Positions 50,761 to 63,433 of a stretch of 64,000 nt of DNA are shown one piece after another. The notes beneath the pieces are model-generated. The model saw only the letters and a list, made by a program, of their open reading frames with translations. It was not told the DNA's origin and did not search any database. The stretch is from an uncultured Pseudomonadales bacterium (lineage in GTDB: Bacteria; Patescibacteriota; Microgenomatia; UBA1400; PJMF01): positions 226,093 through 290,092 of the forward strand of contig CAZUHV010000003.1 of NCBI GenBank assembly GCA_964620965.1, written 5' to 3'. Position 1 is the stretch's first letter, and each line of letters begins with the position of its first letter. The position numbers were made by a program, and so were the translations under genes.

Positions 50761-51000
50761 CTAATAACGTCCTGTCCTGCTACGCAGGAACAGAAATATT
50801 CCAATAAAAATGATTCCACAGACTGCTATACCGATTTTCTCCAGTATATTCAGAGTGGGAACTGTTAAAAATCCGCAAATTCCCAACATAATTCCTAATA
50901 GGATTATGGCGAACATATTTCGCATTCTGACTACAGCCCAAGAATTCACGGTTGTGCCACTACTGTGGCTTGCCATTTGTCGACCTTGTGAGTCTTTCAT
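50761..51000 (-). CDS. Small two-TM membrane protein, hypothetical
   Basis: AAGGGTGA SD 6 nt upstream of the internal ATG (MKDSQGRQ...). Two hydrophobic helices. Confidence 0.45.
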   Translation of the reverse strand: MKDSQGRQMASHSSGTTVNSWAVVRMRNMFAIILLGIMLGICGFLTVPTLNILEKIGIAVCGIIFIGIFLFLRSRTGRY

Positions 51001-51261
51001 TTTTTCACCCTTATAATTAGATATAGATTTTGTTGACAAAATTCCCCAAGAGGGGGTGAATAATCAAATTAGCTGATCTAATGGGCATGGGAAAAGTCGC
51101 GTTGACTTTCTTATCCCTCTAGGGCCTTTTTAATTATTCGCTACTCCTGGAGATCTGTTCAATTTTTAATGTGCTTTGCATTCTTTCAAATGTAACTAAA
51201 TTATCCTATAATATGATAATTTTGTCAATGATTAAAAGGCTAAATCGTAGTAATATCATAG

Positions 51262-51292
51262 CAAAAAGGCCTAGTATGTTGCAACTAGGCCT
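51262..51292 (-). terminator. Rho-independent terminator of gyrA (minus strand)
   Basis: AGGCCTAG...CTAGGCCT 8-bp stem followed, on the minus strand, by a T5 run. Confidence 0.6.
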
Positions 51293-51323
51293 CAATTTTC
51301 GAGTCAAAAGCTCCCCAAATCCC

Positions 51324-54134
51324 CTACTCCTCTTCCTTTTGCAAGGTTAAAGCTACTGCAGCGACCTTGTTATCACCTTTAAGACGCATCAAAATCACGC
51401 CTTGAGTTGGTCTGGTGAGTATTGGGATAGATTTTTTTGTAATTGGCATTTTAAGCGTCTGGCCGTCTAGAGTGGTAATAACCAAATCTGAGTGTTCATC
51501 TGTGTTCACTTTACGTGCGCTTGCAACCATACCAGTTCGTTTGGTAATATCTGCCACTTTGACACCCATTCCAGAACGTTTTTGTTTAGGATACTGATCA
51601 AGTTTGGTTCTCTTACCCATACCGTTTTCGGTGACAATCAAAAGTTGTGTTTTGTCGTTAGCTTTCTCGAGATCTTCAGGATGTAAAACTTCAAATCCAA
51701 CAACGGAATCTTCTTTCTTGAGAGTTATTCCTTTAACACCTTTGGTATCACGGTTGCTTGCCTTAACTTCAGACTCATCAAATCTAATACACTTGCCTTC
51801 GTGAGTGATCATCATGAGCTCGTCATCGCCAGTAGTGAGGGTTCCTTTAACCACTGCATCCCCGTCATTTAAAGTAATAGCAATGATGCCATTTTGGCGG
51901 ATGTTATCGTATAATTTAACAGCAGTTTTCTTGACCAAACCTTGAACAGTTGCAAAAGTGATGTATTTTTCTGCATCTTTTGCTTCATCAACGATCAAGA
52001 TGGAAAGTACTCTTTCATCTTGTTGCAGGTTGATGATATTAACAATAGCAGTTCCTTTTGCTGTTCTTGAGGATTCTGGAATCTCAAATGCTTTAAGTTT
52101 GAAAACTCTTCCTGTGTTGGTGAACACCATGAGTGTGTCGTGAGTGTTTACTGTCAAAAGGGTTTGGACCACGTCTTCTGCCTTCATCTTGAGGCCAACA
52201 CTACCCTTTCCACCTCTACTTTGAGTTCTAAACGCACTTGGAAGCATTCTCTTGATGTATCCAGTTTCTGTTAATGTGATGACTACTTCTTCACTTGGAA
52301 CGAGGTCTTGTTCAGAGAACTCACCAATCTTACCTTTAACAAGCTTAGTTTTTCTTTCGTCTCCATATAGTTCTACAAGCTCATTTGCTTCGCCAACGAT
52401 TACATCGAGGATATCTTGGGTGTTACTGAGCAATTTGATCAATTCATCAAGTGTTTTCTTGATTTGTTCATACTCTTCTTCAATTTTAAGGCGTTCAAGA
52501 GCAGCTAAACGTTTAAGCTGCATGTCTAAAATTGCCAAAGATTGAGGTTCAGAAAGTCCAAATTTTTTCATTAATGCGTTTTTTGCGTCTTCTTGAGTTT
52601 TGGACTTTCGAATGGTTTCGATAACTGCATCAAGATTTGCGAGTGCAATGAGCAAGCCTTCTAAAATATGAGCACGATTTCTTGCGGCCTCGAGTTCATT
52701 TTGGCTTCTGCGAACAACCATAAGCTGTCTGTGCTTGATGTACTCCATTAAGATCTGGCGGATGTTCATGAGCTGTGGAGTGCCTTCAGAATTGAGAGCA
52801 ACCATGTTCATGGAAAATGTCGTTTGCAGTTCTGAGTATTTGAAAAGTTTGTTTAGAACAACTTTTGGAATTGCGTCTTTTTTGAGGTCGATAGTGATTT
52901 GCAAACCATTCCTGTCGGAGTCATCATTAAGGTCTTTAATACCTTCAATTTTTTTGTCGCGAACTAATTGCGCGATTTTTTCGAGTAATCTTGCTTTGTT
53001 AACCTGGTAAGGGATTTCTGTGACAATAATGTGGAATCTACCTTTTTTATCTTCGACAATATCGGTTTTTGCTCGAGTAACTACTCTCCCCTTTCCGGTT
53101 CTGTAGCCTTCTTTTATTGCATTGAAGTCATACATAATACCGCCGGTTGGGAAGTCTGGACCTTGAATGTACTCCATAATTTCATCGATTGTGATGCTAG
53201 AGTCGAAGTTTCCAGCTAAAACTTGAGAATTTGTAGCCAATAATGCATCGATTTGTGCATGCATTGCCTTGATTTCTTCATCTTTTTTAGCGGCTTTTTT
53301 GCGTTCTGGAAGGGTAAATTTTGCATCTGCAGGAACTTCAGATTTACCTGCTTTGATCATTGCCACAATTGCGGCGACAACTTCATTCAAGTTATGAGGT
53401 GGGATTTTTGTTGCCATACCAACAGCAATACCTTCCGAACCCATTAAGAGAAGATTTGGCAGTTTTGCAGGCAAAACATCTGGTTCTTGAAGCGAACCAT
53501 CGAAGTTATCAGAAAATGGTACAGTATTTTTATCAATATCTTGCAGTAATTCTCTAGTAATTTTGGCCATTCTTGCTTCGGTATAACGCATAGCAGCAGG
53601 GCTGTCTCCGTCAACAGAACCAAAGTTACCTTGCCCATCGATGAGTTCGTATCTCATACTAAAGTCTTGAGCTAAACGAACCATTGCCATATACACAGGG
53701 GCGTCACCATGTGGGTGGTACTTACCAAGCACGTCACCAACAATACGAGCAGATTTTTTATAGGAGGAGTTCCAGTGGATACCACTTCTGTGCATGGAGT
53801 ATAAAATACGTCTGTGAACTGGCTTAAGACCATCACGCACATCTGGAAGTGCACGAGAAACGATAACGCTCATTGCATAGTCGAGATAGCTTTTTTCCAT
53901 TTCCGATTTGATAGAAATGAACTTAAGTTTTCCGTATTTGCTATCTTCGATTGTGCCAATTAAAGATTGATTATTTTCTTCAGAATTTGATTGCTCGGAA
54001 CCTTTGTTTTCGGAGTCAGCTTCTTCTGCATTTTTTTCACGTACAGCGTCTGCTTCTACGATATCTGCAACTTCTTGCTTGATTTCATCAATTTTTTCTT
54101 GTTTTGGGTCTTTGTTTTCGTTTGGGTCTGCCAT
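51324..54134 (-). CDS. gyrA: DNA gyrase subunit A
   Basis: 936 aa. Active-site region [12 protein letters not shown]-region equivalent, GyrA-box-like QSRGGKGS in the C-terminal beta-pinwheel. Acidic N-terminal extension of about 60 aa. Confidence 0.9.
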   Translation of the reverse strand: MADPNENKDPKQEKIDEIKQEVADIVEADAVREKNAEEADSENKGSEQSNSEENNQSLIGTIEDSKYGKLKFISIKSEMEKSYLDYAMSVIVSRALPDVRDGLKPVHRRILYSMHRSGIHWNSSYKKSARIVGDVLGKYHPHGDAPVYMAMVRLAQDFSMRYELIDGQGNFGSVDGDSPAAMRYTEARMAKITRELLQDIDKNTVPFSDNFDGSLQEPDVLPAKLPNLLLMGSEGIAVGMATKIPPHNLNEVVAAIVAMIKAGKSEVPADAKFTLPERKKAAKKDEEIKAMHAQIDALLATNSQVLAGNFDSSITIDEIMEYIQGPDFPTGGIMYDFNAIKEGYRTGKGRVVTRAKTDIVEDKKGRFHIIVTEIPYQVNKARLLEKIAQLVRDKKIEGIKDLNDDSDRNGLQITIDLKKDAIPKVVLNKLFKYSELQTTFSMNMVALNSEGTPQLMNIRQILMEYIKHRQLMVVRRSQNELEAARNRAHILEGLLIALANLDAVIETIRKSKTQEDAKNALMKKFGLSEPQSLAILDMQLKRLAALERLKIEEEYEQIKKTLDELIKLLSNTQDILDVIVGEANELVELYGDERKTKLVKGKIGEFSEQDLVPSEEVVITLTETGYIKRMLPSAFRTQSRGGKGSVGLKMKAEDVVQTLLTVNTHDTLMVFTNTGRVFKLKAFEIPESSRTAKGTAIVNIINLQQDERVLSILIVDEAKDAEKYITFATVQGLVKKTAVKLYDNIRQNGIIAITLNDGDAVVKGTLTTGDDELMMITHEGKCIRFDESEVKASNRDTKGVKGITLKKEDSVVGFEVLHPEDLEKANDKTQLLIVTENGMGKRTKLDQYPKQKRSGMGVKVADITKRTGMVASARKVNTDEHSDLVITTLDGQTLKMPITKKSIPILTRPTQGVILMRLKGDNKVAAVALTLQKEEE

Positions 54135-54156
54135 ATATATACTTCTAAATTACTAA

Positions 54157-55107
54157 TTACTTCAATGCAGTTTCTATAGCAGGTGCAATTTCTTTTTTAC
54201 GAGACATTTTTGGACCAATATCAAGAATATTGTCCACGACTGTGCCTCCAAATGCTTTTTCTGCTACTACTTTTTCGCTGTCAGATAAAATTAAGAGTTT
54301 GGTGTTAACTTTGAGGATATCAGTGATTGCAACAAATAATAATGGAACTTGTAGTTCGTCTTTTACTTTTTGCATTGCAGTCAACAAGCTTGCTTTCTTT
54401 AGAGTTAAAACCATATCTTGTTCGACAGTTTCAAGTTGGTCTATCATTGCTTTTTGACCAAACTCAAAAACTTTATAGTCGTTTTTAACAATTTGTTCAT
54501 CTGTAAGCTTTGAAATATCTGATTTTGCCTTGAAAATTTCTAAAGTAAATGCATCTACATCTCCTATTTCTGCAATTTCAGCTAATTCTGCCCCAAATTT
54601 TTTATCTTGAGGTGTGCAAGTTGCGGATTTATAACCAACGGTATCAGATAAAATTGCAGCTAACATAAGGCTTGCAACGGTTTTATCTGGAGTAACTCCA
54701 AATTTTTTCATTAAATAATAGACAATTGTTGAAGTAGAACCCCAAGGTTTGAATGTTAAAAATACTGGGTTGTTAAAGTTGATGTTTGCTTTATGGTGAT
54801 CTACAACTTCAACGATTTTTGATTCCAATTCGCTATCAAGACCTGCCATTCTTTGTGAAGCTTCATTGTGGTCAACCAAAACGACTTGGCTATCTGATTC
54901 TAAATCGGAGGCACTCACTAATCTTGGCGCTGTGACACCAAATTTTTCGAATAAAAAGGTTGTTTCTGGGTTGAGAGGATCACTAATAACTGCTTCTGTA
55001 TCGCTGTAGCCCATGTCTGGCCAGTTTTTGCAAAGGTACTCAAATGCCATTGCGGCAACAACTGCGTCTGTATCTGGTTTAGTGTGTCCAATAATGTAGG
55101 TTTTCAT
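54157..55107 (-). CDS. ppaC: DHH-family phosphoesterase, probably a manganese-dependent inorganic pyrophosphatase (family II PPase)
   Basis: N-terminal HxxPDxD (GHTKPDTDAV), a DHH-like motif (LVDHNE), a DHHA2-like C-terminal half and a length of about 316 aa typical of PpaC. An NrnA-type nanoRNase is the alternative. Confidence 0.55.
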   Translation of the reverse strand: MKTYIIGHTKPDTDAVVAAMAFEYLCKNWPDMGYSDTEAVISDPLNPETTFLFEKFGVTAPRLVSASDLESDSQVVLVDHNEASQRMAGLDSELESKIVEVVDHHKANINFNNPVFLTFKPWGSTSTIVYYLMKKFGVTPDKTVASLMLAAILSDTVGYKSATCTPQDKKFGAELAEIAEIGDVDAFTLEIFKAKSDISKLTDEQIVKNDYKVFEFGQKAMIDQLETVEQDMVLTLKKASLLTAMQKVKDELQVPLLFVAITDILKVNTKLLILSDSEKVVAEKAFGGTVVDNILDIGPKMSRKKEIAPAIETALK

Positions 55108-55139
55108 AATTTTCCTTTCTCGATCACAAAGTATCAGTT

Positions 55140-57173
<2,034 letters not shown>

Positions 57174-57530
57174 TTACTATTAGTATGTTTTTCAATCTAA
57201 ATAATGAGACACTTTTTATATCACATTCACAAAAACTAATCAAAGTTGTTGGGCAGAAACTAAGTACTGAATCTATACTAGTGACTTGTGAATCGGTACT
57301 CATAATACTATAATTTCAAATACATGGATAGTGGCATTTGGGTAAATAAAAACCTGTTTTTGCTGTATTTAAAAAGCTCCTAGTATACTCACTCGACTAA
57401 AAAATAAATTATCGGATTTTAGCAGAGTGTTAAAATGATTGCTAAATTGTTGCGGAAAATAAAAAAGTTGACTCATCAGTCTATATTACTATATATAAAA
57501 TACTATTATTATATATTTTGATATATATTG

Positions 57531-58067
57531 ATGTATGATAAAATAAGAAAAAACTATATACGGGAATATTTTACTATGAAAACACATGCAGGTAGACATG
57601 AAGAAGAAACAAGTTTAGGTGTTGGTGCACAACATGCTGTTGATTGGGAGAAGCCAACTGAAATCGCTAATATTATTGAGAGATTAAAAAGTGCTGGAAA
57701 ACTTGGTAATGAAGTTTCAGATCTTATTCTTTTAATTTCTGATAGAGCAGTTCACTTTGCTACTTTGGATAAACCTCAATACATTGAATATTTGTATGCA
57801 TGCACGATAAGAGTTCAAGCACTTTTTGAGTTGTATTTAACACAAACCCGAAAGGGTGAGCAAAGTAAAACCATTAGAAATATTACTACCCAGTTGGGGC
57901 AGCTTGATCTTTTTTGTGACCAGCTAGCTATTGAGTGTTTTGCACATCAAGCAATTCAAGGAAAAATCGAAAGACTACGAGTTGTGATTCATTCTTTAAG
58001 TGCAAAAACTAATTTGAGAAGAAAAGCTTTCCTTGAAAGTATGGGTTACACTCCAAAGTCTAAATAA
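57531..58067 (+). CDS. Hypothetical protein (178 aa)
   Basis: No motif recognised. Convergent with holB and overlapping it by 8 nt. AT-rich promoter-like region upstream. Confidence 0.4.
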   Translation: MYDKIRKNYIREYFTMKTHAGRHEEETSLGVGAQHAVDWEKPTEIANIIERLKSAGKLGNEVSDLILLISDRAVHFATLDKPQYIEYLYACTIRVQALFELYLTQTRKGEQSKTIRNITTQLGQLDLFCDQLAIECFAHQAIQGKIERLRVVIHSLSAKTNLRRKAFLESMGYTPKSK

Positions 58068-58764
58068 GCTCTATAAAACAGTTTTCCAAAGCTAAGAGTG
58101 GATTTACATTCGCTTCTAAGTGTTTGACTGTTTCAAGAATTCTCATAGAATTCTGTGTGATTTGTTTTGTGGTAAGGTTGAGAGTTTTGTTTGTTAGTTC
58201 AGAGTGTAAAAGAGATACCAGCATATTGCATACATTCAAGGCATCTTCTCTTTCTTTGTATTGCGCTGCAAGTGTAAGACGTTTTCCTGGATTGCTGGAA
58301 ATAATTTCTAAGTAGAGCTGTGCAAGCTCTGAAAAATCTGTCTGTTTTGCTGTGTCTTTGCTTTGAAGAGTTACGTTTACGAGTTGGCATCGTGAAAGTA
58401 TTGTGTCTAATAATTTGTTTGGAAGATGTGAGACAAGGACAATTTGCGTATTTTGTGGTGGCTCTTCTATTGTTTTAAGAAGTGCATTCTGGGCGGCTGT
58501 TGTTGCAAGGTGGGCATTAAGAAAAACAATGTATCGAGTTTGGTTGGGCTGATATGCCCCATATGCAAGTTGTTCTTTAATTTCGCGGACAGTTTCTATT
58601 TTGATACTCTCCCCTGTTTGGTTGAGCAAAAGAATATTCGGCTGATTTATGATAGATTCAGCAGTTATTGATTGGCTGTTGGAGTCATTAAACCACTTGA
58701 TAAATAGGTCAATAGGAGTTTGATCTGCACTGGTTTTTAGTATTATTGATGGTTTAAATGTCAT
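58060..58764 (-). CDS. holB: DNA polymerase III delta-prime-like clamp-loader subunit
   Basis: Sensor/SRC-type motif LSRCQ in an AAA+-like fold without a canonical Walker A, as expected for delta-prime. Confidence 0.6.
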   Translation of the reverse strand: MTFKPSIILKTSADQTPIDLFIKWFNDSNSQSITAESIINQPNILLLNQTGESIKIETVREIKEQLAYGAYQPNQTRYIVFLNAHLATTAAQNALLKTIEEPPQNTQIVLVSHLPNKLLDTILSRCQLVNVTLQSKDTAKQTDFSELAQLYLEIISSNPGKRLTLAAQYKEREDALNVCNMLVSLLHSELTNKTLNLTTKQITQNSMRILETVKHLEANVNPLLALENCFIELI

Positions 58765-58835
58765 TGTATGTATTAGTTGTCTAGGCTTTAAATTTACTTT
58801 ATAGTATTACAAGAAGTACTAAAAGAGTATAACCT

Positions 58836-61076
58836 ATGATTGATTCTGCCCAGTCAACAAACCCTATTCAAATTCCTCAATCAGATCCTGTAAAGATAAG
58901 TGGTCCCTCTGGTGCTACTCCTACTGGAAGTGCTATGGGCACTGCTGGCATGGATACTACAACCGTTGATACAAATGTAATGGCGACAACTCCTCCGGCT
59001 ACTGCAATGGATATGGTCTCTGCGGAGCAAACGGCTGAAGCTCAAACTGCTCTTTCTGGTACAGACCTTTCTAAGATTGCAGATTCACTTGAACATGAAA
59101 CAGAAAATTTAGCAGCAAATGTTACAGAAGCAGTTGCAAGTGCTGAAGGGGTTGCACCTGAAGCTCAAACTGTTCCAGTTGCTACTGCAACTGATCCTGC
59201 CTCACCTCAACAAGATGGTCAGCAAGCTTCAGAACCAATACAAGGGGCTCAAACACAATCTGCACAATCGACCAATTCTGGTGCAATAAATGAGGCTGCG
59301 GTACATCAACCTCAAGAAGCACCTGGTATTGATCCAGACAAAAATTATTCTAATGTCGTAGAAGCTCTGAAAGACGCTGGAGCTATAACTCAAGATGAAG
59401 CTAACCAAATTTTAGTAGAAAATGTGAGTTCGGGAAAAAGCTTTGAAACTATTTTGGAAGACAATAAGTTTGCAGACGAAGAACAACTGACTCAAGCAAA
59501 GTCTGTTGTGAACAGAATTCCATTTGTGAAAATTTCTGAATATGGAAACGATCCGCAGGCTTTAACTCAGTTGCCAGAAGGTGTTGCGCGTAACTACAAC
59601 ATGTTACCACTCACTTTTGATAAGGAAAAAAATTCTTTAACAGTTGCTATGAAAAATCCGTTGGATTTATCGGCAATTGATTTTGCAGAACAAAAATCTG
59701 GATTAAAAATTATTGCTTACTATGCAATGCCTTCAGAACTTGAGCGTAAGATTGCAGAAAATTATTCTCAAAGCTTATCTACAGAAGTTACACAAGCTTT
59801 GGAACAGACTTCGCAGGTCGCGGAAGCAAAAGCTCAGAAGCAAGACTTAAGCGGTCTTTCTGGAGAGACAATTAGACAAGCCCCAATTACTAAAATTGTA
59901 CAGACTGTTGTTGCTTTTGCTATGAAAGCACGTGCATCAGATATTCACATTGAACCTCAAGAACAACGCACTCGTGTGCGCTATCGTATTGATGGTATTT
60001 TGGTTGAAAAGTTGATTCTTCCAAGAAGTGTGCATGAAGCAGTCGTTTCTCGTGTCAAAATTTTGTCTGGTTTGAAGATTGATGAGAAGCGTATTCCTCA
60101 AGATGGACGTTTTAACTTTGTTTCTGGAGATCAAGAAGTTGATCTTCGTGTCTCTACTCTTCCAACGATTCATGGTGAGAAAATCGTTATGCGTTTATTA
60201 AAGAAAGATGCCTCTGTTCCTGCCCTTGAAGAACTTGGATTGACTGGAATTGCGTTGCGACGGGTAAATGATGCAATTAAAGTGCCTCATGGAATTGTGC
60301 TGGTTACTGGTCCTACTGGATCTGGTAAAACAACAACGCTCTACTCTGTTTTACATACTATTAATACTCCAAAAGTGAATATTATGACTCTAGAAGACCC
60401 TGTTGAGTACCAGATGTCCGGGATCAATCAGGTGCAGATTAATCCTCAGGCAGGATTAACCTTTGCGTCTGGACTTCGTTCGTTTTTGCGTCAAGACCCT
60501 AACATTATCATGGTGGGAGAAATTCGTGACTCAGAAACGGCTGAACTTGCTATTCAGGCTTCTTTGACTGGTCACTTGGTGTTCTCTACTTTACACACTT
60601 CTAGTGCTGCGGGAGCTATTCCCCGTTTGTTAGACATGGGAGCTGAGCCATTTTTGCTTGCTTCTTCCATGACTTTAACTATGGCTCAGCGTGTGGTTCG
60701 TAAAATAAATGAAGAGTTTAAAGAAGAATATCAACCAGAAAAAGCAGTTTTGGAGGATATTAAAAAAGTACTTGGACCAAAACTGCAAGAATGGATGAAA
60801 CGAAAAAGTATTTCTTCTGAAGCAGAAATAAAGTTGTATCGAGCTAAAAAAGAGAGGCCTCAGACAGAACCTGAATATAAAGGTCGTGTTGCTATTTTTG
60901 AAGTTATGCCAGTTTCAGAGCCAATAGGAAAGCTGATTTTAGACAGAAAACCAGCAACTGAGATGGAGAAACTTGCAGTTGATGATGGTATGCTATTAAT
61001 GAAGCAAGATGGATATATAAAAGCATTAGAAGGAATAACTACGATAGAAGAAGTCTTACGTGTTGCTGAAATTTAG
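58836..61076 (+). CDS. pilB: Type IV pilus assembly ATPase PilB (GspE family) with a Thr/Ala/Pro/Gln-rich N-terminal extension of about 180 aa
   Basis: GspE N-terminal domain region, Walker A GPTGSGKTT, Asp box, Walker B IIMVGEIRD and His box. The first roughly 180 aa are low-complexity (TPTGSAMGTAGMDTTTVDT...). Confidence 0.85.
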   Translation: MIDSAQSTNPIQIPQSDPVKISGPSGATPTGSAMGTAGMDTTTVDTNVMATTPPATAMDMVSAEQTAEAQTALSGTDLSKIADSLEHETENLAANVTEAVASAEGVAPEAQTVPVATATDPASPQQDGQQASEPIQGAQTQSAQSTNSGAINEAAVHQPQEAPGIDPDKNYSNVVEALKDAGAITQDEANQILVENVSSGKSFETILEDNKFADEEQLTQAKSVVNRIPFVKISEYGNDPQALTQLPEGVARNYNMLPLTFDKEKNSLTVAMKNPLDLSAIDFAEQKSGLKIIAYYAMPSELERKIAENYSQSLSTEVTQALEQTSQVAEAKAQKQDLSGLSGETIRQAPITKIVQTVVAFAMKARASDIHIEPQEQRTRVRYRIDGILVEKLILPRSVHEAVVSRVKILSGLKIDEKRIPQDGRFNFVSGDQEVDLRVSTLPTIHGEKIVMRLLKKDASVPALEELGLTGIALRRVNDAIKVPHGIVLVTGPTGSGKTTTLYSVLHTINTPKVNIMTLEDPVEYQMSGINQVQINPQAGLTFASGLRSFLRQDPNIIMVGEIRDSETAELAIQASLTGHLVFSTLHTSSAAGAIPRLLDMGAEPFLLASSMTLTMAQRVVRKINEEFKEEYQPEKAVLEDIKKVLGPKLQEWMKRKSISSEAEIKLYRAKKERPQTEPEYKGRVAIFEVMPVSEPIGKLILDRKPATEMEKLAVDDGMLLMKQDGYIKALEGITTIEEVLRVAEI

Positions 61077-61108
61077 TACGCAAGATACAGAAAAGTTAAG
61101 GAAAAACT

Positions 61109-62164
61109 ATGAACATACATGACATCATGGAAATGCTTATTACACAGAATGGTTCGGATATCCACGTTATTGTAGGAACTCCTCCAATGATTCGTATTCA
61201 CGGAGATCTTACTGCAGTTGAAGGAACTCCAGCTCTTAACTCTGAACAAGCAGAAAACTTGATTTTTCCTATTATGACTCAAGAGCAAAAAGACTTTGTA
61301 AAGGTTAATAAAGAGTTAGATTTTGGGTATCAGTATAAAGATAAAGGTAGGTTTCGTGTGAACGTATACCATTCTCAGGGAGCTATTGCCGCAGCAATGC
61401 GTTTGATTCCCACAAAGATTAAGGCAATCGAAGAACTACAGTTACCTCCAGTTATTCATGAATTTACCAGATATAGTCAGGGTTTAGTGTTACTCACTGG
61501 CCCTACCGGTGAAGGTAAGTCTACTACTCTTGCAGCAATGATTGAAGAAATTAATGCAACTAGAAGTGAGCATATTGTTACTATCGAAGACCCTGTCGAG
61601 TTTTTATATTCACCAAAACGAAGTATTATTTCTCAAAGGGAAATAAATCATGATACTCATTCCTGGAGCGTTGCTCTTAAATCTGTATTGCGTGAGGACC
61701 CAGATGTTGTGCTTATTGGCGAAATGCGTGATTACGAGACTATTGCTTCTGCAATTACTATTGCTGAAACTGGTCACTTAGTTTTTGCAACTTTACACAC
61801 ATCTAGTGCCGCACAAACAATTGATCGTATTATCGACGTTTTTCCTGCGCATCAACAGAGCCAAGTTCGTCAACAATTAGCAGCAACGATTAAAGCTATT
61901 GTGGCACAAAGACTTTTACCAGCAGTTGGTGGTGGTCGCGTGCCTGCTTTAGAAATCTTAGTTGCAACTCCAGCTATGGCAAACTTAGTTCGTGAACAAA
62001 AAACACATCAAATTGATTCTGTGATTCAAACTTCAGCTGATCAAGGAATGGTGCTTTTTGAAACGTATTTACAACAATTAGTTCAAAGAGGAGCAATTAC
62101 AAAGGAAACCGCAATACAACATGCATTTAGACCTGATGACATGCATAGATTATTAGGTAAATAA
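61109..62164 (+). CDS. pilT: Twitching-motility (retraction) ATPase PilT
   Basis: Walker A GPTGEGKST, Walker B VVLIGEMRD, a GHLVFATLHT His box and the PilT-type C-terminus. Confidence 0.85.
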   Translation: MNIHDIMEMLITQNGSDIHVIVGTPPMIRIHGDLTAVEGTPALNSEQAENLIFPIMTQEQKDFVKVNKELDFGYQYKDKGRFRVNVYHSQGAIAAAMRLIPTKIKAIEELQLPPVIHEFTRYSQGLVLLTGPTGEGKSTTLAAMIEEINATRSEHIVTIEDPVEFLYSPKRSIISQREINHDTHSWSVALKSVLREDPDVVLIGEMRDYETIASAITIAETGHLVFATLHTSSAAQTIDRIIDVFPAHQQSQVRQQLAATIKAIVAQRLLPAVGGGRVPALEILVATPAMANLVREQKTHQIDSVIQTSADQGMVLFETYLQQLVQRGAITKETAIQHAFRPDDMHRLLGK

Positions 62165-62166
62165 AT

Positions 62167-63369
62167 ATGCCATTTTTTAAATATATAGCAAAAAATAAAT
62201 TTGGTGAGAATGTTACTGGAAAAGTTGAAGCTCAAACAATTCAACAGGCTGCCACGTTGCTTGGTACTCGTGGTTTATTGGTTATTAAACTTAATCCTCT
62301 CACAGAAGACTCATTTGCTTTTATTAAAAAAATGTTTGGCGGAGTTAAGTTTGATGATATTGTGAATTTTACCCGTCAGCTTTCTACAATGATTACTGCT
62401 GGATTACCACTTGCTGGAGCTTTAGCTATCTTAGTTCGTGATGGAAAGCCAGAAGTTACTAGAATGATGGCAGTTATTTTGCAAGATGTTGAGGGAGGTA
62501 ACGCGTTTGCTGATGCTCTTTCAAAACACAAAAAGATCTTTTCTAGATTGTACATTCAGCTTGTTCGAGCTGGTGAAACAGGAGGTGTGTTAGATACCGT
62601 TCTAGAGCGTTTGGCAGATAACATGGAAAAAGAGAAAGAGTTTAAAGCTAAAACAAAAGGTGCTTTGATTTATCCAGTTATTGTTATTATAGCGATGCTT
62701 GCTGTTGGTGCAATTATGATGATTTTTGTGATTCCAAAACTAACAGAAATGTACAAGGATTTTGGTGCCGAATTGCCGTTTGCTACACAGATTTTGATTA
62801 GTATTTCTAATGCAATGGTAAATTTCTGGTGGATTTTCGCAATTGCAATTGGAGGCTTAATCTTTGCTTTCAAGCAGTACTACAAAACTTCGATTGGAAG
62901 ATACAAAATTGATGAAATCAAGCTAAAACTACCAATTTTTGGAGAACTTACTAAAAAGGTAATTTTAACTGAGTTTTCTAGAACTTTAGCATTACTTTTA
63001 AGTTCTGGTATTACTCTTTTGGAAGCAATTTCTATTGTTACAGACTCTGTTGAGAACGTGGTGTATAGAACTGCCCTAGAAGAGGTCTCAAAGCAAGTTG
63101 AAAAAGGTTCTTCTTTATCTGGAGCATTGAGCCATTATGAGCAATTTCCTACAATTTTGCATCAAATGATGAGTGTTGGTGAAGAAACTGGTAAGTTAGA
63201 TGAGGTTCTCAAAAAGCTCTCTGTGTATTTTGAGCAGGAAAGTGAGCACGCAATTAAAAACATGACAACCGCTATTGAGCCTATGATCATGATTGTGCTT
63301 GGTTTAGGAGTTGGCGCTATGGTGATTGCTATCATTATGCCTATTTACAACTTGACGAGCCAATTCTAA
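62167..63369 (+). CDS. pilC: Type IV pilus inner-membrane platform protein PilC (GspF family)
   Basis: Two GspF repeats and three TM segments. Confidence 0.85.
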   Translation: MPFFKYIAKNKFGENVTGKVEAQTIQQAATLLGTRGLLVIKLNPLTEDSFAFIKKMFGGVKFDDIVNFTRQLSTMITAGLPLAGALAILVRDGKPEVTRMMAVILQDVEGGNAFADALSKHKKIFSRLYIQLVRAGETGGVLDTVLERLADNMEKEKEFKAKTKGALIYPVIVIIAMLAVGAIMMIFVIPKLTEMYKDFGAELPFATQILISISNAMVNFWWIFAIAIGGLIFAFKQYYKTSIGRYKIDEIKLKLPIFGELTKKVILTEFSRTLALLLSSGITLLEAISIVTDSVENVVYRTALEEVSKQVEKGSSLSGALSHYEQFPTILHQMMSVGEETGKLDEVLKKLSVYFEQESEHAIKNMTTAIEPMIMIVLGLGVGAMVIAIIMPIYNLTSQF

Positions 63370-63433
63370 TTACTGTAAAGTATTACTTAAGTATATTTAT
63401 TGACAAATAAGGAAATAAATAAAAAGGAAAAAT

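Noticed and set aside
51415-54179. About a dozen 60-100-aa plus-strand ORFs inside the gyrA region, with similar antisense ORFs inside gyrB, cysS, prfA, glmS, pilB and others
   Set aside because: All are antisense to long, well-supported genes. They are Ser/Cys/Phe-rich with no start context. They are typical shadow ORFs of low-GC coding sequence.
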